64,000 nt of DNA, taken from assembly GCA_964422035.1 (NCBI GenBank), contig CAYQZQ010000001.1, positions 515,025-579,024 on the forward strand. The letters are read 5' to 3'. Both the position numbers and the translations under genes were made by a program. Of the stretch, positions 18,760 through 28,211 are shown in pieces; the stretch's first letter is position 1, and the number at the start of each line of letters is the position of its first letter. This stretch comes from an uncultured Pseudomonadales bacterium (GTDB taxonomy: Bacteria > Patescibacteriota > Microgenomatia > UBA1400 > Chazhemtobacteraceae). The notes beneath the pieces are model-generated. The model had not been told where the DNA came from. It saw nothing but the letters and a program-made list of their open reading frames with translations, and searched no databases.

Positions 18760-19158
18760 TTATTTTGATTTCTTTTTTGATTTTTTCTTTTCCTGTTTGG
18801 GCTTGTCTACCCAGGAGATTTTAGCTACTGAGGCGTTGTCACCGGGACGCAGTCCTAGTTTTTGGATGGTGGTATGACCAGAAGTGCGATCACTTCTTTT
18901 GGCGATATCATCAACCAACTTGTTGGTAGCTTGCTTGTGATTAAGCTTTGAGTGAACTTGTCTGCGAGCATGGAGGGAACCCTTTTTTGCTTTAGTAACT
19001 AGCTTGTCGGCTAGGGGACGAATTGCCTTGGCTTTGGCAGTTGTGGTGGTGATAGATTCATTGAGAATCAAGTCACGCAAGAGACCCTTGTAAAGGGCCT
19101 TTCTCTGCTTGGTAGTGCGCCCCAGGGTTGACCCGTGGGCTCGGTGACGTTTAGGCAT
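18760..19158 (-). CDS. rplQ: 50S ribosomal protein L17
   Basis: Follows rpoA as in the alpha operon. Confidence 0.85.
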   Translation of the reverse strand: MPKRHRAHGSTLGRTTKQRKALYKGLLRDLILNESITTTTAKAKAIRPLADKLVTKAKKGSLHARRQVHSKLNHKQATNKLVDDIAKRSDRTSGHTTIQKLGLRPGDNASVAKISWVDKPKQEKKKSKKKSK

Positions 19159-19160
19159 AT

Positions 19161-20069
19161 TTATTCAAGTTCAATGTCATGTTTTTTAAGCTTTTTGAGA
19201 ACTTTGTTTACGGATTTTTCTCCGATGTTTTTAACTTCTTTAAGCTCTGCTTCGGTTGACTCTTCAAAGTCAGCTAAAGTCTGATAGCCGCCTTTTTTAA
19301 GAGCGTTAGTGATACGAGTAGGTAGCTCTAGATCTTCAACCGGCTGGGATAGAATGGCTTTAACCTCTTGGGATTGACCCTCTTCCTCTTCTTGGAAAGT
19401 TGGGTGAATGATTTGTTCGAAGTATTCGACTAAGATTGAGGCGGCTTCTTCAACTGCCTCTTGAGGAGTTACAGCTCCATTGGTCTCTACCATTAGTTTT
19501 AGTTTGTCCAGATCGGTGCGACGACCAACACGGGTGGCTTCAACCATGTAGTTAGCACTGGTAACAGGAGTGAAAACAGAGTCTAAAGCAAGAACTCCTA
19601 CTTCGTCGATGTCGCGCTCTTCTGCGGTTACGTAACCGGTGCCACGTTCTATCGTAATGGTAGCTTTAAGCTTGGCACTGTCATCGGTTAAGGTAGCTAA
19701 GTGATGATCAGGATTGGTGATTTCAAGATCAGGCTGGGTTTTAAGATCAGCAGCTGTTACTTTTTGCTTGCCAGAAACGTCTAGTTTAACAGTGGTAGGA
19801 CCTTCACCATCAAGTTTGAAGTTAACTTCTTTAATGTTAAGTAGAAGATTAACAACGTCTTCTTTCATACCGTTGATGGTAGAAAATTGATGACGGACGC
19901 CGTCGATACTAATCTGAGTTGGAGCAGCTCCAGAAAGATTAGATAACAAGACGCGGCGAAGGGCGTTACCTAAGGTGTGACCAAAGCCCTTTTCTAACGG
20001 CTCGATGTGTATCTCGGCATAGTTTTCTTTGGTAACTTCTGGGGTGAGTTTAAAGTTTGGTTTGTTCAT
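19161..20069 (-). CDS. rpoA: DNA-directed RNA polymerase subunit alpha, with C-terminal HhH domain (alpha-CTD)
   Basis: Alpha NTD motifs. C-terminal LELPTRITNALKKGGYQTLADF...NIGEKSVNKV. Confidence 0.85.
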   Translation of the reverse strand: MNKPNFKLTPEVTKENYAEIHIEPLEKGFGHTLGNALRRVLLSNLSGAAPTQISIDGVRHQFSTINGMKEDVVNLLLNIKEVNFKLDGEGPTTVKLDVSGKQKVTAADLKTQPDLEITNPDHHLATLTDDSAKLKATITIERGTGYVTAEERDIDEVGVLALDSVFTPVTSANYMVEATRVGRRTDLDKLKLMVETNGAVTPQEAVEEAASILVEYFEQIIHPTFQEEEEGQSQEVKAILSQPVEDLELPTRITNALKKGGYQTLADFEESTEAELKEVKNIGEKSVNKVLKKLKKHDIELE

Positions 20070-20111
20070 GTTTGTTTTGGCTAAAGACCAAAAGAGTTCG
20101 TCAGTTGGTTA

Positions 20112-20720
20112 TTAGCGTGAATAATATTCAATAATTAATTGTTCATCTATGTGATCAGCTATTTCCTCTCTTGAGGGTAGTGATTTGATTTTGACAAGGG
20201 TGGCTTTTCTTTGCAGCCAACTTGGATGTTGCAGTTTGTCTTCTTCTTCATGAAGCTCTTGGACAGCGGGGATGTTCATGACTTTGTCTTTAACTGTAAT
20301 AATTTCTCCTGGTTTTACCTGATATGAGGGGATGTCAACTTTTTGATCATCTACCTTGACGTGGCCATGGGAGACGAGTTGGCGAGCCATGCGTCTGGTA
20401 GGAGCCAGATTAGCTCGAAAGACAACATTATCTAGGCGAGTCTCAAGTAGTTGGAGAAGTCTAAGACCAGTGTTGGCGGGGTTTTTAAGAGCCTTTTTGT
20501 AGTAGCGCTTGAATTGTTTTTCCAGTACACCGTAGATGCGTTTTACCTTTTGCTTTTCTCGAAGCTGAACACCGTAGTCAGACATGCGACGCTGGTATTT
20601 TTTACCGTGTTGGCCTGGAGGTTGGGCGCCCTGCTTGTCTAGAGGACATTTTTTGGCATTGCACAACCTGACACCTTCGCGGCGGCAGAGTTTGTGGATT
20701 GAGCCTGTATATCTAGCCAT
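20112..20720 (-). CDS. rpsD: 30S ribosomal protein S4
   Basis: MARYTGSI...RLDNVVFR family match. Confidence 0.85.
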   Translation of the reverse strand: MARYTGSIHKLCRREGVRLCNAKKCPLDKQGAQPPGQHGKKYQRRMSDYGVQLREKQKVKRIYGVLEKQFKRYYKKALKNPANTGLRLLQLLETRLDNVVFRANLAPTRRMARQLVSHGHVKVDDQKVDIPSYQVKPGEIITVKDKVMNIPAVQELHEEEDKLQHPSWLQRKATLVKIKSLPSREEIADHIDEQLIIEYYSR

Positions 20721-20748
20721 TTGTGTATTTAAGTTTTAAATTAATAAA

Positions 20749-21165
20749 TTAGACTCGACGGGTCTTTTTAGGACGACAACCATTGTGTGGAATAGGAGTA
20801 ACGTCAGAGATTTTAATGATCTCAAGACCGGCGTTACGTAGAACCCGCAGAGCGGAGTCACGACCGGGGCCGGGACCTTTGATGAAGACTTCGACTGATT
20901 TTAGACCTTTTTCTTTAGCTTGCTTGACTGCTTCCTGAAGAGTGGTGGTGACAGCGTAAGGAGTTGACTTGCGGGTACCTTTAAAACCGACCTGACCGGT
21001 GGAGACAGAGGCAATTGTGTTGCCTTTGTCATCGGTGAAGTTGACGATGGTGTTATTGAAGGTAGCTTTGACGTACATGCGACCCTTGCTAACAGCTAGA
21101 CGAGAGCGGTTGCTCTTAGTCTGCTTTTTGCTTTTGGTTTGGTCTTGGTCTTTTTTAGTTGCCAT
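20749..21165 (-). CDS. rpsK: 30S ribosomal protein S11
   Basis: Family match, GPGPGRDSALR. Confidence 0.85.
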   Translation of the reverse strand: MATKKDQDQTKSKKQTKSNRSRLAVSKGRMYVKATFNNTIVNFTDDKGNTIASVSTGQVGFKGTRKSTPYAVTTTLQEAVKQAKEKGLKSVEVFIKGPGPGRDSALRVLRNAGLEIIKISDVTPIPHNGCRPKKTRRV

Positions 21166-21180
21166 ATTTATTTATTTGTA

Positions 21181-21618
21181 TTATTCCTTTTTTTCTTTCT
21201 TTTCAGGGCTTTCAGACTTTGGAGAGGATTTGTCGCCAACTTTTTGACGAATCTCTTTGGTCATAGCACCAACGGTCTTTCGCTTACCTCTTCTGGTACG
21301 AGCATTGGTGCGAGTGCGCTGACCTCTAACTGGTAGGCCACTTTGATGACGATCGCCTCTGTAGGAGCCGGTTCTTTTAAGCCTTTGAATGTTGTCGCGG
21401 ATTTGTTTTTTAAGATCTCCTTCGGTTGGAGTCTTGTCAATAAGATTGGCCAAAATTTGAATCTGGTCTCCTTTTAGATCCTTGGCTCTGGTATCAGGAT
21501 CGATGTTTGCCTGTTTGACTAGATTTAAAGCCTTAGAACGACCAACACCGAAGATGTCTGTTAAGGCAACTTTGATGGGTTTGTCGTTGGCTATATCGAC
21601 TCCGGCGATACGTGGCAT
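21181..21618 (-). CDS. rpsM: 30S ribosomal protein S13 with Lys-rich C-terminal extension
   Basis: MPRIAGVDI... family match. About 25 extra basic/acidic residues at the C-terminus. Confidence 0.85.
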   Translation of the reverse strand: MPRIAGVDIANDKPIKVALTDIFGVGRSKALNLVKQANIDPDTRAKDLKGDQIQILANLIDKTPTEGDLKKQIRDNIQRLKRTGSYRGDRHQSGLPVRGQRTRTNARTRRGKRKTVGAMTKEIRQKVGDKSSPKSESPEKKEKKE

Positions 21619-21640
21619 GTTTTTATATTTTTAATAATGA

Positions 21641-21754
21641 TTATCCTTGTCGTTGTTTGTGGCGGGGGTTGTCACAGATGACATAGACTACGCCTTTACG
21701 ACGGACGATTTTACAATTTTGACAGCGTTTTTTTACTGATGCTTTAACTTTCAT
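21641..21754 (-). CDS. rpmJ: 50S ribosomal protein L36 (absent from the ORF track, below length cutoff)
   Basis: Manual translation of the reverse complement: [37 protein letters not shown], a canonical L36 zinc ribbon between infA and rpsM. Confidence 0.85.
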   Translation of the reverse strand: MKVKASVKKRCQNCKIVRRKGVVYVICDNPRHKQRQG

Positions 21755-21804
21755 AAGCGCTAAAAAATCAAGCAGAGACTGCTTGATAGTTAAATGACTG
21801 ATAA

Positions 21805-22032
21805 CTATTTATTACGATAAACTATGCGACCTTTAGAGTCGTCATAGGGGGTCATTTCGATCTCAACCTCATCTCCTGGCATGACTCTAATGCGGTACAT
21901 GCGCATCTTGCCTGAGAGGTGAGCGATTATCTTGTGACCGTCATCTAACTCGACTCGAAACTGAGTGTTGGGCAGAGCTTCAGTTACTGTGCCTTTGACT
22001 GTGGTCACTTGATTGTTTTTATTAGGTGCCAT
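21805..22032 (-). CDS. infA: Translation initiation factor IF-1
   Basis: 75 aa S1-like OB fold. Family match and position. Confidence 0.85.
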   Translation of the reverse strand: MAPNKNNQVTTVKGTVTEALPNTQFRVELDDGHKIIAHLSGKMRMYRIRVMPGDEVEIEMTPYDDSKGRIVYRNK

Positions 22033-22118
22033 AGGTTTGTTTGTACGAGTTAGTATTATAGCAAAGTAAGCTAATTTTGGCCAATTTTCAGGCTGGAGCG
22101 GTTAAATTGATTTGATGA

Positions 22119-22853
22119 TTATTCGGTTAGAATTATCGGACCATCTTGAGTTATGAAGATTGTGTGCTCCACAAGGGCAGAAAGTGAGCCGTCTTTGGTG
22201 GTAATTGTCCAGTTGTCGTCAAGTAATTTAATCTTTTCTGATCCCTGAGTGTACATGGGCTCAATAGCCATGGCCTGGCCTGCTTTAAGCTCAAAATCGC
22301 TGTTTTTAGGATCAAAGTAGTTGGGGATGTAGGGGTCTTGATGAAGCTTTTTGCCGATACCGTGACCGGTTAAGTCTCGAACAGGAGTATAGCCGGAGGA
22401 GACGATGACCTCTTCAATGGCTCTACTTATATCACTTACTTTATTGCCAGCCTGGGCTTTTTTAATACCTGCAGACAATGCCTGCCAACCGGTATTGATA
22501 AATTTTTCAAGGTCTTTTTTTGGATTGCCTGCAACTACTGTAGTTGAGGTATCGGTGTGATAATTTTTGTATAAAAGACCCAGATCTATACTAACCAGAT
22601 CAGAGTCTTTAAAAGGAATTTGGGAGGGAATGCCATGAACCAGACCGTCATTAACGTTGATGCAAGTAGCGTGATGATAATCGGGGACAGTCTTAAAAGA
22701 GGCTTGACCACCAGTTTTTTTAATTAAAGTATTAGCTAGATTCTCAATTTCAACTGGAGCAACGCCGGGCTTGACGGCATCGGCTAGTTGATTTCTGATG
22801 TCGGAGAGCATTTTACCGCCCTCTTTCATTACTTTAAGTTTCTTTTTATTCAT
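22119..22853 (-). CDS. map: Methionine aminopeptidase type I
   Basis: Pita-bread fold metal ligands region, position after adk. Confidence 0.85.
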   Translation of the reverse strand: MNKKKLKVMKEGGKMLSDIRNQLADAVKPGVAPVEIENLANTLIKKTGGQASFKTVPDYHHATCINVNDGLVHGIPSQIPFKDSDLVSIDLGLLYKNYHTDTSTTVVAGNPKKDLEKFINTGWQALSAGIKKAQAGNKVSDISRAIEEVIVSSGYTPVRDLTGHGIGKKLHQDPYIPNYFDPKNSDFELKAGQAMAIEPMYTQGSEKIKLLDDNWTITTKDGSLSALVEHTIFITQDGPIILTE

Positions 22854-22919
22854 ATGTGAGTATTTTACTAGCCTGATGAGTTAAGTACAAAAAAACACCG
22901 AAAGAAAGGATAATGATCT

Positions 22920-23474
22920 TTAAGAAAGCTTTTGGACGATGTCCTGGTGAATAGTGTCAATATCAGGACTGCCATTGATTTTAAGAAGTAGATCTTTGTC
23001 TTGATAAAACTTAATTAAAGGCTTGGTTTGTCGATGATATTCTTTTAAGCGGTTTTTGATTATTTGAGGACTGTCGTCTGAGCGGTTTTCCTTTTTTGCT
23101 CGTTTTAAAAGTCTTTGAGTGGCTTCTTGATCAGTGAGGGAAAGAAAAATAACTTTTTTTATCTGGATATCGTTTTGGGTAAAAAACCAGTCCAAATGTT
23201 GGGCTTGAGAAAGATTGCGAGGAGCCCCGTCGAGAATAAAACCCTGAGAAGTAGTGAGGATTTTCTCTTCCATTAACTCCAAAATGGTATCAAAGGGGAC
23301 AAACTCACCTCTGTCCAGATATGATTTAATGGCTTCTGATTTATCGGTGTCTTTTTTGACTTGGTCTCGTAGAAGTTGGCCGGTTGAGATATGTAAGAGA
23401 TTGAATTTTTCAGCTAAAAGTTTGGCTTGGGTGCCCTTACCTGACCCGGGCGGGCCTAGAAAGATTAAATTCAT
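22920..23474 (-). CDS. adk: Adenylate kinase (start at MNLIFLGPPGSGKGT; the track ORF has 5 extra codons)
   Basis: P-loop GPPGSGKGTQ, LID region. Confidence 0.85.
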   Translation of the reverse strand: MNLIFLGPPGSGKGTQAKLLAEKFNLLHISTGQLLRDQVKKDTDKSEAIKSYLDRGEFVPFDTILELMEEKILTTSQGFILDGAPRNLSQAQHLDWFFTQNDIQIKKVIFLSLTDQEATQRLLKRAKKENRSDDSPQIIKNRLKEYHRQTKPLIKFYQDKDLLLKINGSPDIDTIHQDIVQKLS

Positions 23475-23510
23475 AAAGATAGTATACAAGGCGCAAAGAT
23501 AATTTAAAAC

Positions 23511-23570
23511 AAAAAAATCCTCCCTAGGGAAGTAAAATCACGGTGTGTGATTTCCCTGAGGGAGGTTTTT
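23511..23570. terminator. Long nested hairpin flanked by A7 on one side and T5 on the other; candidate bidirectional intrinsic terminator between the small membrane ORFs and adk
   Basis: cctccctagggaa ... ttccctgagggagg arms (13/14 bp) enclosing an inner aatcac/gtgatt hairpin. On the minus strand it is followed by TTTTTTTGTTTT. Confidence 0.55.
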
Positions 23571-23575
23571 GTCCT

Positions 23576-23845
23576 TTATGAAAAAAGCTTGCGGACGACG
23601 GGAACGGTGTCAGTGAGGTAGAAGACGAAAGAGGTAACGACTATGACGGCCCAACTAGTTTGAGAATGACCAGAGGCAAGTAAGTTGGTTATACCAATGT
23701 AAATGGCTGATACTGTTAATGCCAAACGAAGAATCTTTAAGTACCAGCATTTCTGACTGAACAGGAACTGAGGATCATATATTGATATAGCAACATAAGG
23801 GGAAATCAGTAGAATGCTGAAGATGACTGTAGGTGGGAACATCAA
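23576..23845 (-). CDS. Small hydrophobic membrane protein (89 aa, about 3 TM)
   Basis: ORF with strongly hydrophobic segments; overlaps the upstream 65-aa ORF by 4 nt. Confidence 0.4.
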   Translation of the reverse strand: MMFPPTVIFSILLISPYVAISIYDPQFLFSQKCWYLKILRLALTVSAIYIGITNLLASGHSQTSWAVIVVTSFVFYLTDTVPVVRKLFS

Positions 23846-24039
23846 TTTTCTCCTTTGGTAAATTTGGATGAGTTTTTAATCCTGGCGATAAAACAGAGTG
23901 ACAGGCCGATCAGAAAGGGAATAACTACCCAAGTTCCGATCGTGTAACCTGAAAGACTAAAGATGGTAAAAAGGGTAGAGGTGCCAAAGACAAGCGCAAG
24001 TCCTATATCTAACAACATCTTTTCCTCCTTTTGGAACAT
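23842..24039 (-). CDS. Small hydrophobic membrane protein (65 aa, 2 TM)
   Basis: ORF with two TM helices; preceded by a good promoter-like element. Confidence 0.4.
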   Translation of the reverse strand: MFQKEEKMLLDIGLALVFGTSTLFTIFSLSGYTIGTWVVIPFLIGLSLCFIARIKNSSKFTKGEN

Positions 24040-24115
24040 AGACTATCTTTTTGGCTGCTTTTTTCACAAATTAAGGTGCGAAAATAAGGCTAGATACGCT
24101 TATTTGTATGAGAGT

Positions 24116-24144
24116 AATATACTATTATATAGGATATAAGTCAA
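24116..24144 (-). promoter_or_regulatory. Sigma70-like promoter (TTGACT-17nt-TATATT) reading into the small membrane ORFs, in the secY-adk spacer
   Basis: On the minus strand: -35 ttgact (24139-24144), 17-nt spacer, -10 tatatt (24116-24121); about 75 nt upstream of the ATG at 24039. Confidence 0.45.
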
Positions 24145-24190
24145 GTCGTGCTGGAGGCTGGAAAAGATAAATATCAGGAGGGTTTTGTGT

Positions 24191-25471
24191 TTAGAGGAAC
24201 TTGTCGTAATTTCTCATAACCAGCTGGGCCTGGACATCTTTAGTAGTCTCCAGGACTACTGAAACAACGATTAGAAGACCTGTGCCCCCGATGGCTAGTG
24301 ACTGGATGTTGGTGATTTGTTGAGCTAGATTAGGCAGAATGGCAATTAAGCCCAGAAAGACAGCCCCGGCGGCGGTGATGCGGGTAAGGATGTAGGAAAG
24401 ATGTTTGGCGGTGGGTGTACCTGGCCTGACTCCGGGAATAAAACCACCATTTTTCTTTAGTTGTTCAGAGATTTTATCGGGATCAAAAACCACGGCCGTA
24501 TAGAAGAAGGTGAAAGCGACTACCAAAACAAAATAGACACCGTTATATAAGAATGAGTCGGGAGTAAATTGATTAGCAAAAAAGTAACCAAGGTTTGATA
24601 GAGCAGGATTGGCAACAGAGGTAAGAAAATTGCCCAGCATTGATGGAAGAAGCATTAGAGAGACGGCGAAGATGATGGGGATAACTCCTGCTTGATTTAA
24701 GCGCAGCGGTAGGTGACTCATCTGGCCACCGGGGGTGGATTGATTGCGGGAACGACGGGCGTACTGAACGGTAATCTCTCTTTGGGCTTGGGTTATCTTG
24801 ACGACAAAGTAAATGACAGCGATTGCCAGGGCAGCAAAAACCAATAGATTAGTAGTTTGACGAGCTTGAGTGGTGGCAGTTGTCTGAAAGAGCGAGATAG
24901 GTAAGCGACCAACGATGCCGGCGAAGATGATGATGGAGACTCCGTTGCCGATGCCGTACTCGGTGATAAGCTCACCCAGCCAAGTTAAAAGAAGGGTGCC
25001 GGTAGTGAGGGTAACAATAATGGTAATAAGCTGCAAGGGCGAGGAGATAATAGCAATACCCTGGCTTTTTAGGAGAGTGATTAAACCAAAACTTTGAATG
25101 ATAGATAGCGGGATGGTCAGCCAACGAGTATATTGATTGATTTTTTCCTGTCCGTACTGACCTTCTTCACGGAGCTTTTCAAGTTGAGGGATGACCATGG
25201 ACATCATCTGGAGAATAATGGAGGCATTGATGTAGGGATTAACACCCAAAGCCATGATGGAAAGATTAGCCAGGGTACCCCCTGAGAAAAGATCTAACAA
25301 TGAGAGAAATGCAGAGCCGGAGAAAAGTCTTTGCAGAGTAGCGTGATCGATGCCGGGAACAGGTACATGAGCAGCAAAACGAAAGATGGTAAGAATTAGA
25401 AAGGTAACCAGAAGTTGGTTGCGGAGTTTTTTTACTTTGAAAATGTTTTTTAGAGTTGCTATAACACTCAT
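24191..25471 (-). CDS. secY: Preprotein translocase subunit SecY
   Basis: 426 aa, 10 TM. Family match and position after rplO. Confidence 0.9.
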   Translation of the reverse strand: MSVIATLKNIFKVKKLRNQLLVTFLILTIFRFAAHVPVPGIDHATLQRLFSGSAFLSLLDLFSGGTLANLSIMALGVNPYINASIILQMMSMVIPQLEKLREEGQYGQEKINQYTRWLTIPLSIIQSFGLITLLKSQGIAIISSPLQLITIIVTLTTGTLLLTWLGELITEYGIGNGVSIIIFAGIVGRLPISLFQTTATTQARQTTNLLVFAALAIAVIYFVVKITQAQREITVQYARRSRNQSTPGGQMSHLPLRLNQAGVIPIIFAVSLMLLPSMLGNFLTSVANPALSNLGYFFANQFTPDSFLYNGVYFVLVVAFTFFYTAVVFDPDKISEQLKKNGGFIPGVRPGTPTAKHLSYILTRITAAGAVFLGLIAILPNLAQQITNIQSLAIGGTGLLIVVSVVLETTKDVQAQLVMRNYDKFL

Positions 25472-25475
25472 GATG

Positions 25476-25922
25476 TTATTTTACCGTTCCCTCTTGAGCT
25501 TTAACAGCGCTGGCTGCACCTTTGGAGATATTAATCTCGTCGGTGATGGTTAGCTTTTTTTCTAGTTTGCCTCGTTTGAGGATCTTGATGCCACGCTTTT
25601 TAGCTTCTTGGGCACTGAGATTAAACTCCTCAACTAGTTTTTCCACAGTTACTTTAGAGCCGGAACGCAGATTATTAAGCTGTTGAGTGTGAATTAAAAT
25701 TGGGCTTGGTTTTAAGGGCTTGAAACGTCCTTTACCACGAAGCAATGGGATGGCACGAATAAAGGGTAGTTGGCCTCCCTCAAACCACAATGGGATTTTA
25801 GAACGAGATTTTTGTCCTTTCATACCTCTGTTGGTGGTGTGACCACCTTTGCCTGAACCATAGCCGCGGCCTAGTCTTTTTTTCTTGTTTTTGGTGATTT
25901 TGGGTAGATTAGATAGATCCAT
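25476..25922 (-). CDS. rplO: 50S ribosomal protein L15
   Basis: Family match. Directly follows rpsE with no rpmD (L30) gene between. Confidence 0.85.
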   Translation of the reverse strand: MDLSNLPKITKNKKKRLGRGYGSGKGGHTTNRGMKGQKSRSKIPLWFEGGQLPFIRAIPLLRGKGRFKPLKPSPILIHTQQLNNLRSGSKVTVEKLVEEFNLSAQEAKKRGIKILKRGKLEKKLTITDEINISKGAASAVKAQEGTVK

Positions 25923-26680
25923 TATTTTTGAGGAAAGTAATTTCTGATTTCTTCAAGACCTTTTTTGCCGATACCGGAGATGTCTAGTAGTTGTTGATCA
26001 TCCATGTTAGCAATCTTGGAGGTGGTGATTTTAGCATCAGTTAGGGCATTTTCTGTTCTGGTGGAGAGTTGACTGAAGTCTTTGGCGGTTCTTTCTGCCT
26101 TTTTCTCTTCAGTTGGCTTGTCAACTTGTTTTTTAGTCTTTTTGGTTTTTTGGCTAGGCTTTTCTTGTTTTTCGTCTTGATCGATACCGGCTAGTTTTTT
26201 TCGATGAGCATGTTTTTTCTCTAGTTGTTCAATTTTCTCTAGAGCTTTCATGGTAGCAAAAACGTTGGTTAGCTTGTTGTTATTGCCAAGCATTTTGGCG
26301 ACGATGTCTTTAACTCCGGCTACTTCGACTACGGCTCTGACTGAACCACCGGCGATAACACCGGTGCCGGGAGGAGCAGGTTTAAGTAAAACTCTAGCAG
26401 CTGAGAACTCAGCGATTATAGAGTGGGGGATGGTGCCGTCTACCAGTGGTAGGTTGACCAACTTACGGGTAGCTTTACGAGAGGCTTTTTGAATGGCAGA
26501 TTTAACACCAGGTGCCTTGCCTAGACCAACACCGACTCTACCTTTGTGATCACCGAGAACAACGAGGGCAGTAAAACTGATGCGGTTGCCTCCTTTAGTT
26601 TTTTTAGAGACACGACGGATCTGAAGAACTTTTTGATCGAAGCCTTGTTGATTTTGGTTTTGATTTCTGTTGTTAGCCAC
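25922..26680 (-). CDS. rpsE: 30S ribosomal protein S5 fused to a C-terminal Lys-rich linker and an RpoA-alpha-CTD-like HhH domain
   Basis: S5 core ([22 protein letters not shown]...[21 protein letters not shown]), then [15 protein letters not shown]..., then [49 protein letters not shown]. Confidence 0.85.
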   Translation of the reverse strand: MANNRNQNQNQQGFDQKVLQIRRVSKKTKGGNRISFTALVVLGDHKGRVGVGLGKAPGVKSAIQKASRKATRKLVNLPLVDGTIPHSIIAEFSAARVLLKPAPPGTGVIAGGSVRAVVEVAGVKDIVAKMLGNNNKLTNVFATMKALEKIEQLEKKHAHRKKLAGIDQDEKQEKPSQKTKKTKKQVDKPTEEKKAERTAKDFSQLSTRTENALTDAKITTSKIANMDDQQLLDISGIGKKGLEEIRNYFPQK

Positions 26681-26709
26681 TTTAGTGTGTATAAATTGTA
26701 GTAATGATA

Positions 26710-27063
26710 TTAAATTTCCAGCCCTGCTTTGCGAGCAGCTTGAGTGAAAGCCTTGATACGACCGTGATAACGATAAGGACCGCGGTCTAAGACAGCTTGC
26801 TTGATACCTTCCTGTTTGGCTTGTTTGGCCAGTTTTTCACCAAGTTTTTGAGCTTTTTGGGTTTTGGTTAAATCCTTACCCTTAACATTGATGGTTGAAA
26901 GAGCTAAAAGAGTTTCTTCTGCCTGGTCATCGATCAGCTGAGCATGAAGATGTTGATTTGAACGAAAAACACTCAGGCGGGGTTTTCGAGCGGTTCCATT
27001 GATCTTGGAGCGTACTCTTGTTTTTCGTTTTTGAGCTTTGGTTTTTGTGTGATGTCTAATCAT
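26710..27063 (-). CDS. rplR: 50S ribosomal protein L18
   Basis: Family match and order. Confidence 0.85.
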   Translation of the reverse strand: MIRHHTKTKAQKRKTRVRSKINGTARKPRLSVFRSNQHLHAQLIDDQAEETLLALSTINVKGKDLTKTQKAQKLGEKLAKQAKQEGIKQAVLDRGPYRYHGRIKAFTQAARKAGLEI

Positions 27064-27065
27064 AT

Positions 27066-27629
27066 TTAAATTCCTTCCCCGGCAGCACCGACCTTAGCAG
27101 CTTTTCCAGGCTTGCGACGGACCAGTTCATCATGATAACGAATACCTTTGCCCTGGTAGGGCTCTGGAGGCCTTAGACGACGTATTTGAGCTGCTGTCTG
27201 GCCTACTAATTGTTTATCTATGCCCTTAACTGTGATGCGGTCTCTTTCTTCGACTTCAAATTCAATACCATCAGGTGCTTTAACCTCAACTGGATGAGAG
27301 AAGCCTAAAGTCATGGAAAGATCAGAACCCTGTTTCTGGACACGATATCCAGTGCCGTGCAGCTCAAGTTTTTTCTGGTAACCTTCTGAAACGCCTTGGA
27401 TCATGTTGTTGACTAGAGAACGAGTCAGGCCGTGAAGAGATTTGGTGGGCTTGAGGTTATCAGCTCTTTTGAAGATAAGCTGGTTATCTTTTTTGGTAAT
27501 GGTGATTTTAGAATCAAATTTATCTTTAAGCTCACCTTTGGGACCTTTGACGACAACTTGATTATCATCGTTTATGTCTACGGTGATTTTTTCGGGTATG
27601 GTGATGGGTTGATTTCCAATACGTGACAT
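27066..27629 (-). CDS. rplF: 50S ribosomal protein L6
   Basis: Family match and order. Confidence 0.85.
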   Translation of the reverse strand: MSRIGNQPITIPEKITVDINDDNQVVVKGPKGELKDKFDSKITITKKDNQLIFKRADNLKPTKSLHGLTRSLVNNMIQGVSEGYQKKLELHGTGYRVQKQGSDLSMTLGFSHPVEVKAPDGIEFEVEERDRITVKGIDKQLVGQTAAQIRRLRPPEPYQGKGIRYHDELVRRKPGKAAKVGAAGEGI

Positions 27630-27633
27630 AGGT

Positions 27634-28017
27634 TTACCAGATTTGACAAATTAATTCTCCGCCAAGGTTTTTCTTGCGAGCCTCTTTATCGGTCATTAGA
27701 CCTTGGGAGGTAGACAGTATTACCAAGCCACGACCGGACAGGGCGTAGGGAATCTTGTCAGAAGTAGTGTAGCGGCGCAGACCCGGTTTGGAGATAAGGG
27801 ATAGATGAGTTATTAAAGCTTGTTCGTCTAAGTAAAGAAGTTGACATTGAAGTTTGGCTGGAGTTTCGTCAATTTTTTCAATTTCGCCTATGTAGCCATG
27901 ATCGGAAAGAATCTGGGCTAGTGAGTTATTAAATTTTGAGTAAGGAAGAGTAACCTGCTTGTGTTTAGCAGCGTAGGCGTTTTTGATGATGGTAATAAAG
28001 TTAGATAGTGAGCTCAT
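27634..28017 (-). CDS. rpsH: 30S ribosomal protein S8
   Basis: Family match and order. Confidence 0.85.
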   Translation of the reverse strand: MSSLSNFITIIKNAYAAKHKQVTLPYSKFNNSLAQILSDHGYIGEIEKIDETPAKLQCQLLYLDEQALITHLSLISKPGLRRYTTSDKIPYALSGRGLVILSTSQGLMTDKEARKKNLGGELICQIW

Positions 28018-28018
28018 T

Positions 28019-28204
28019 TTATTTACTTGATTTAACTACTCCTGGTAAATGACCTTGGTGGGCAAGCTCTCGGAAACAGATTCTGCATAGGCCAAACAGT
28101 CTAATGTACCCACGAGGACGACCGCAGATATTGCAGCGGTTTATTCCCTTGGTGGGATGATCTTTAAGTCTTTCTGACTTTAGTATTTTAGATTTTTTAG
28201 CCAT
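28019..28204 (-). CDS. rpsZ: 30S ribosomal protein S14 type Z (zinc-binding, 61 aa)
   Basis: [20 protein letters not shown]. Confidence 0.85.
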   Translation of the reverse strand: MAKKSKILKSERLKDHPTKGINRCNICGRPRGYIRLFGLCRICFRELAHQGHLPGVVKSSK

Positions 28205-28211
28205 GTTTTAG

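Noticed and set aside
24145-24190. Possible terminator directly after secY
   Set aside because: The ctggagg and caggagg motifs there are direct repeats, not inverted, so no stable hairpin forms.
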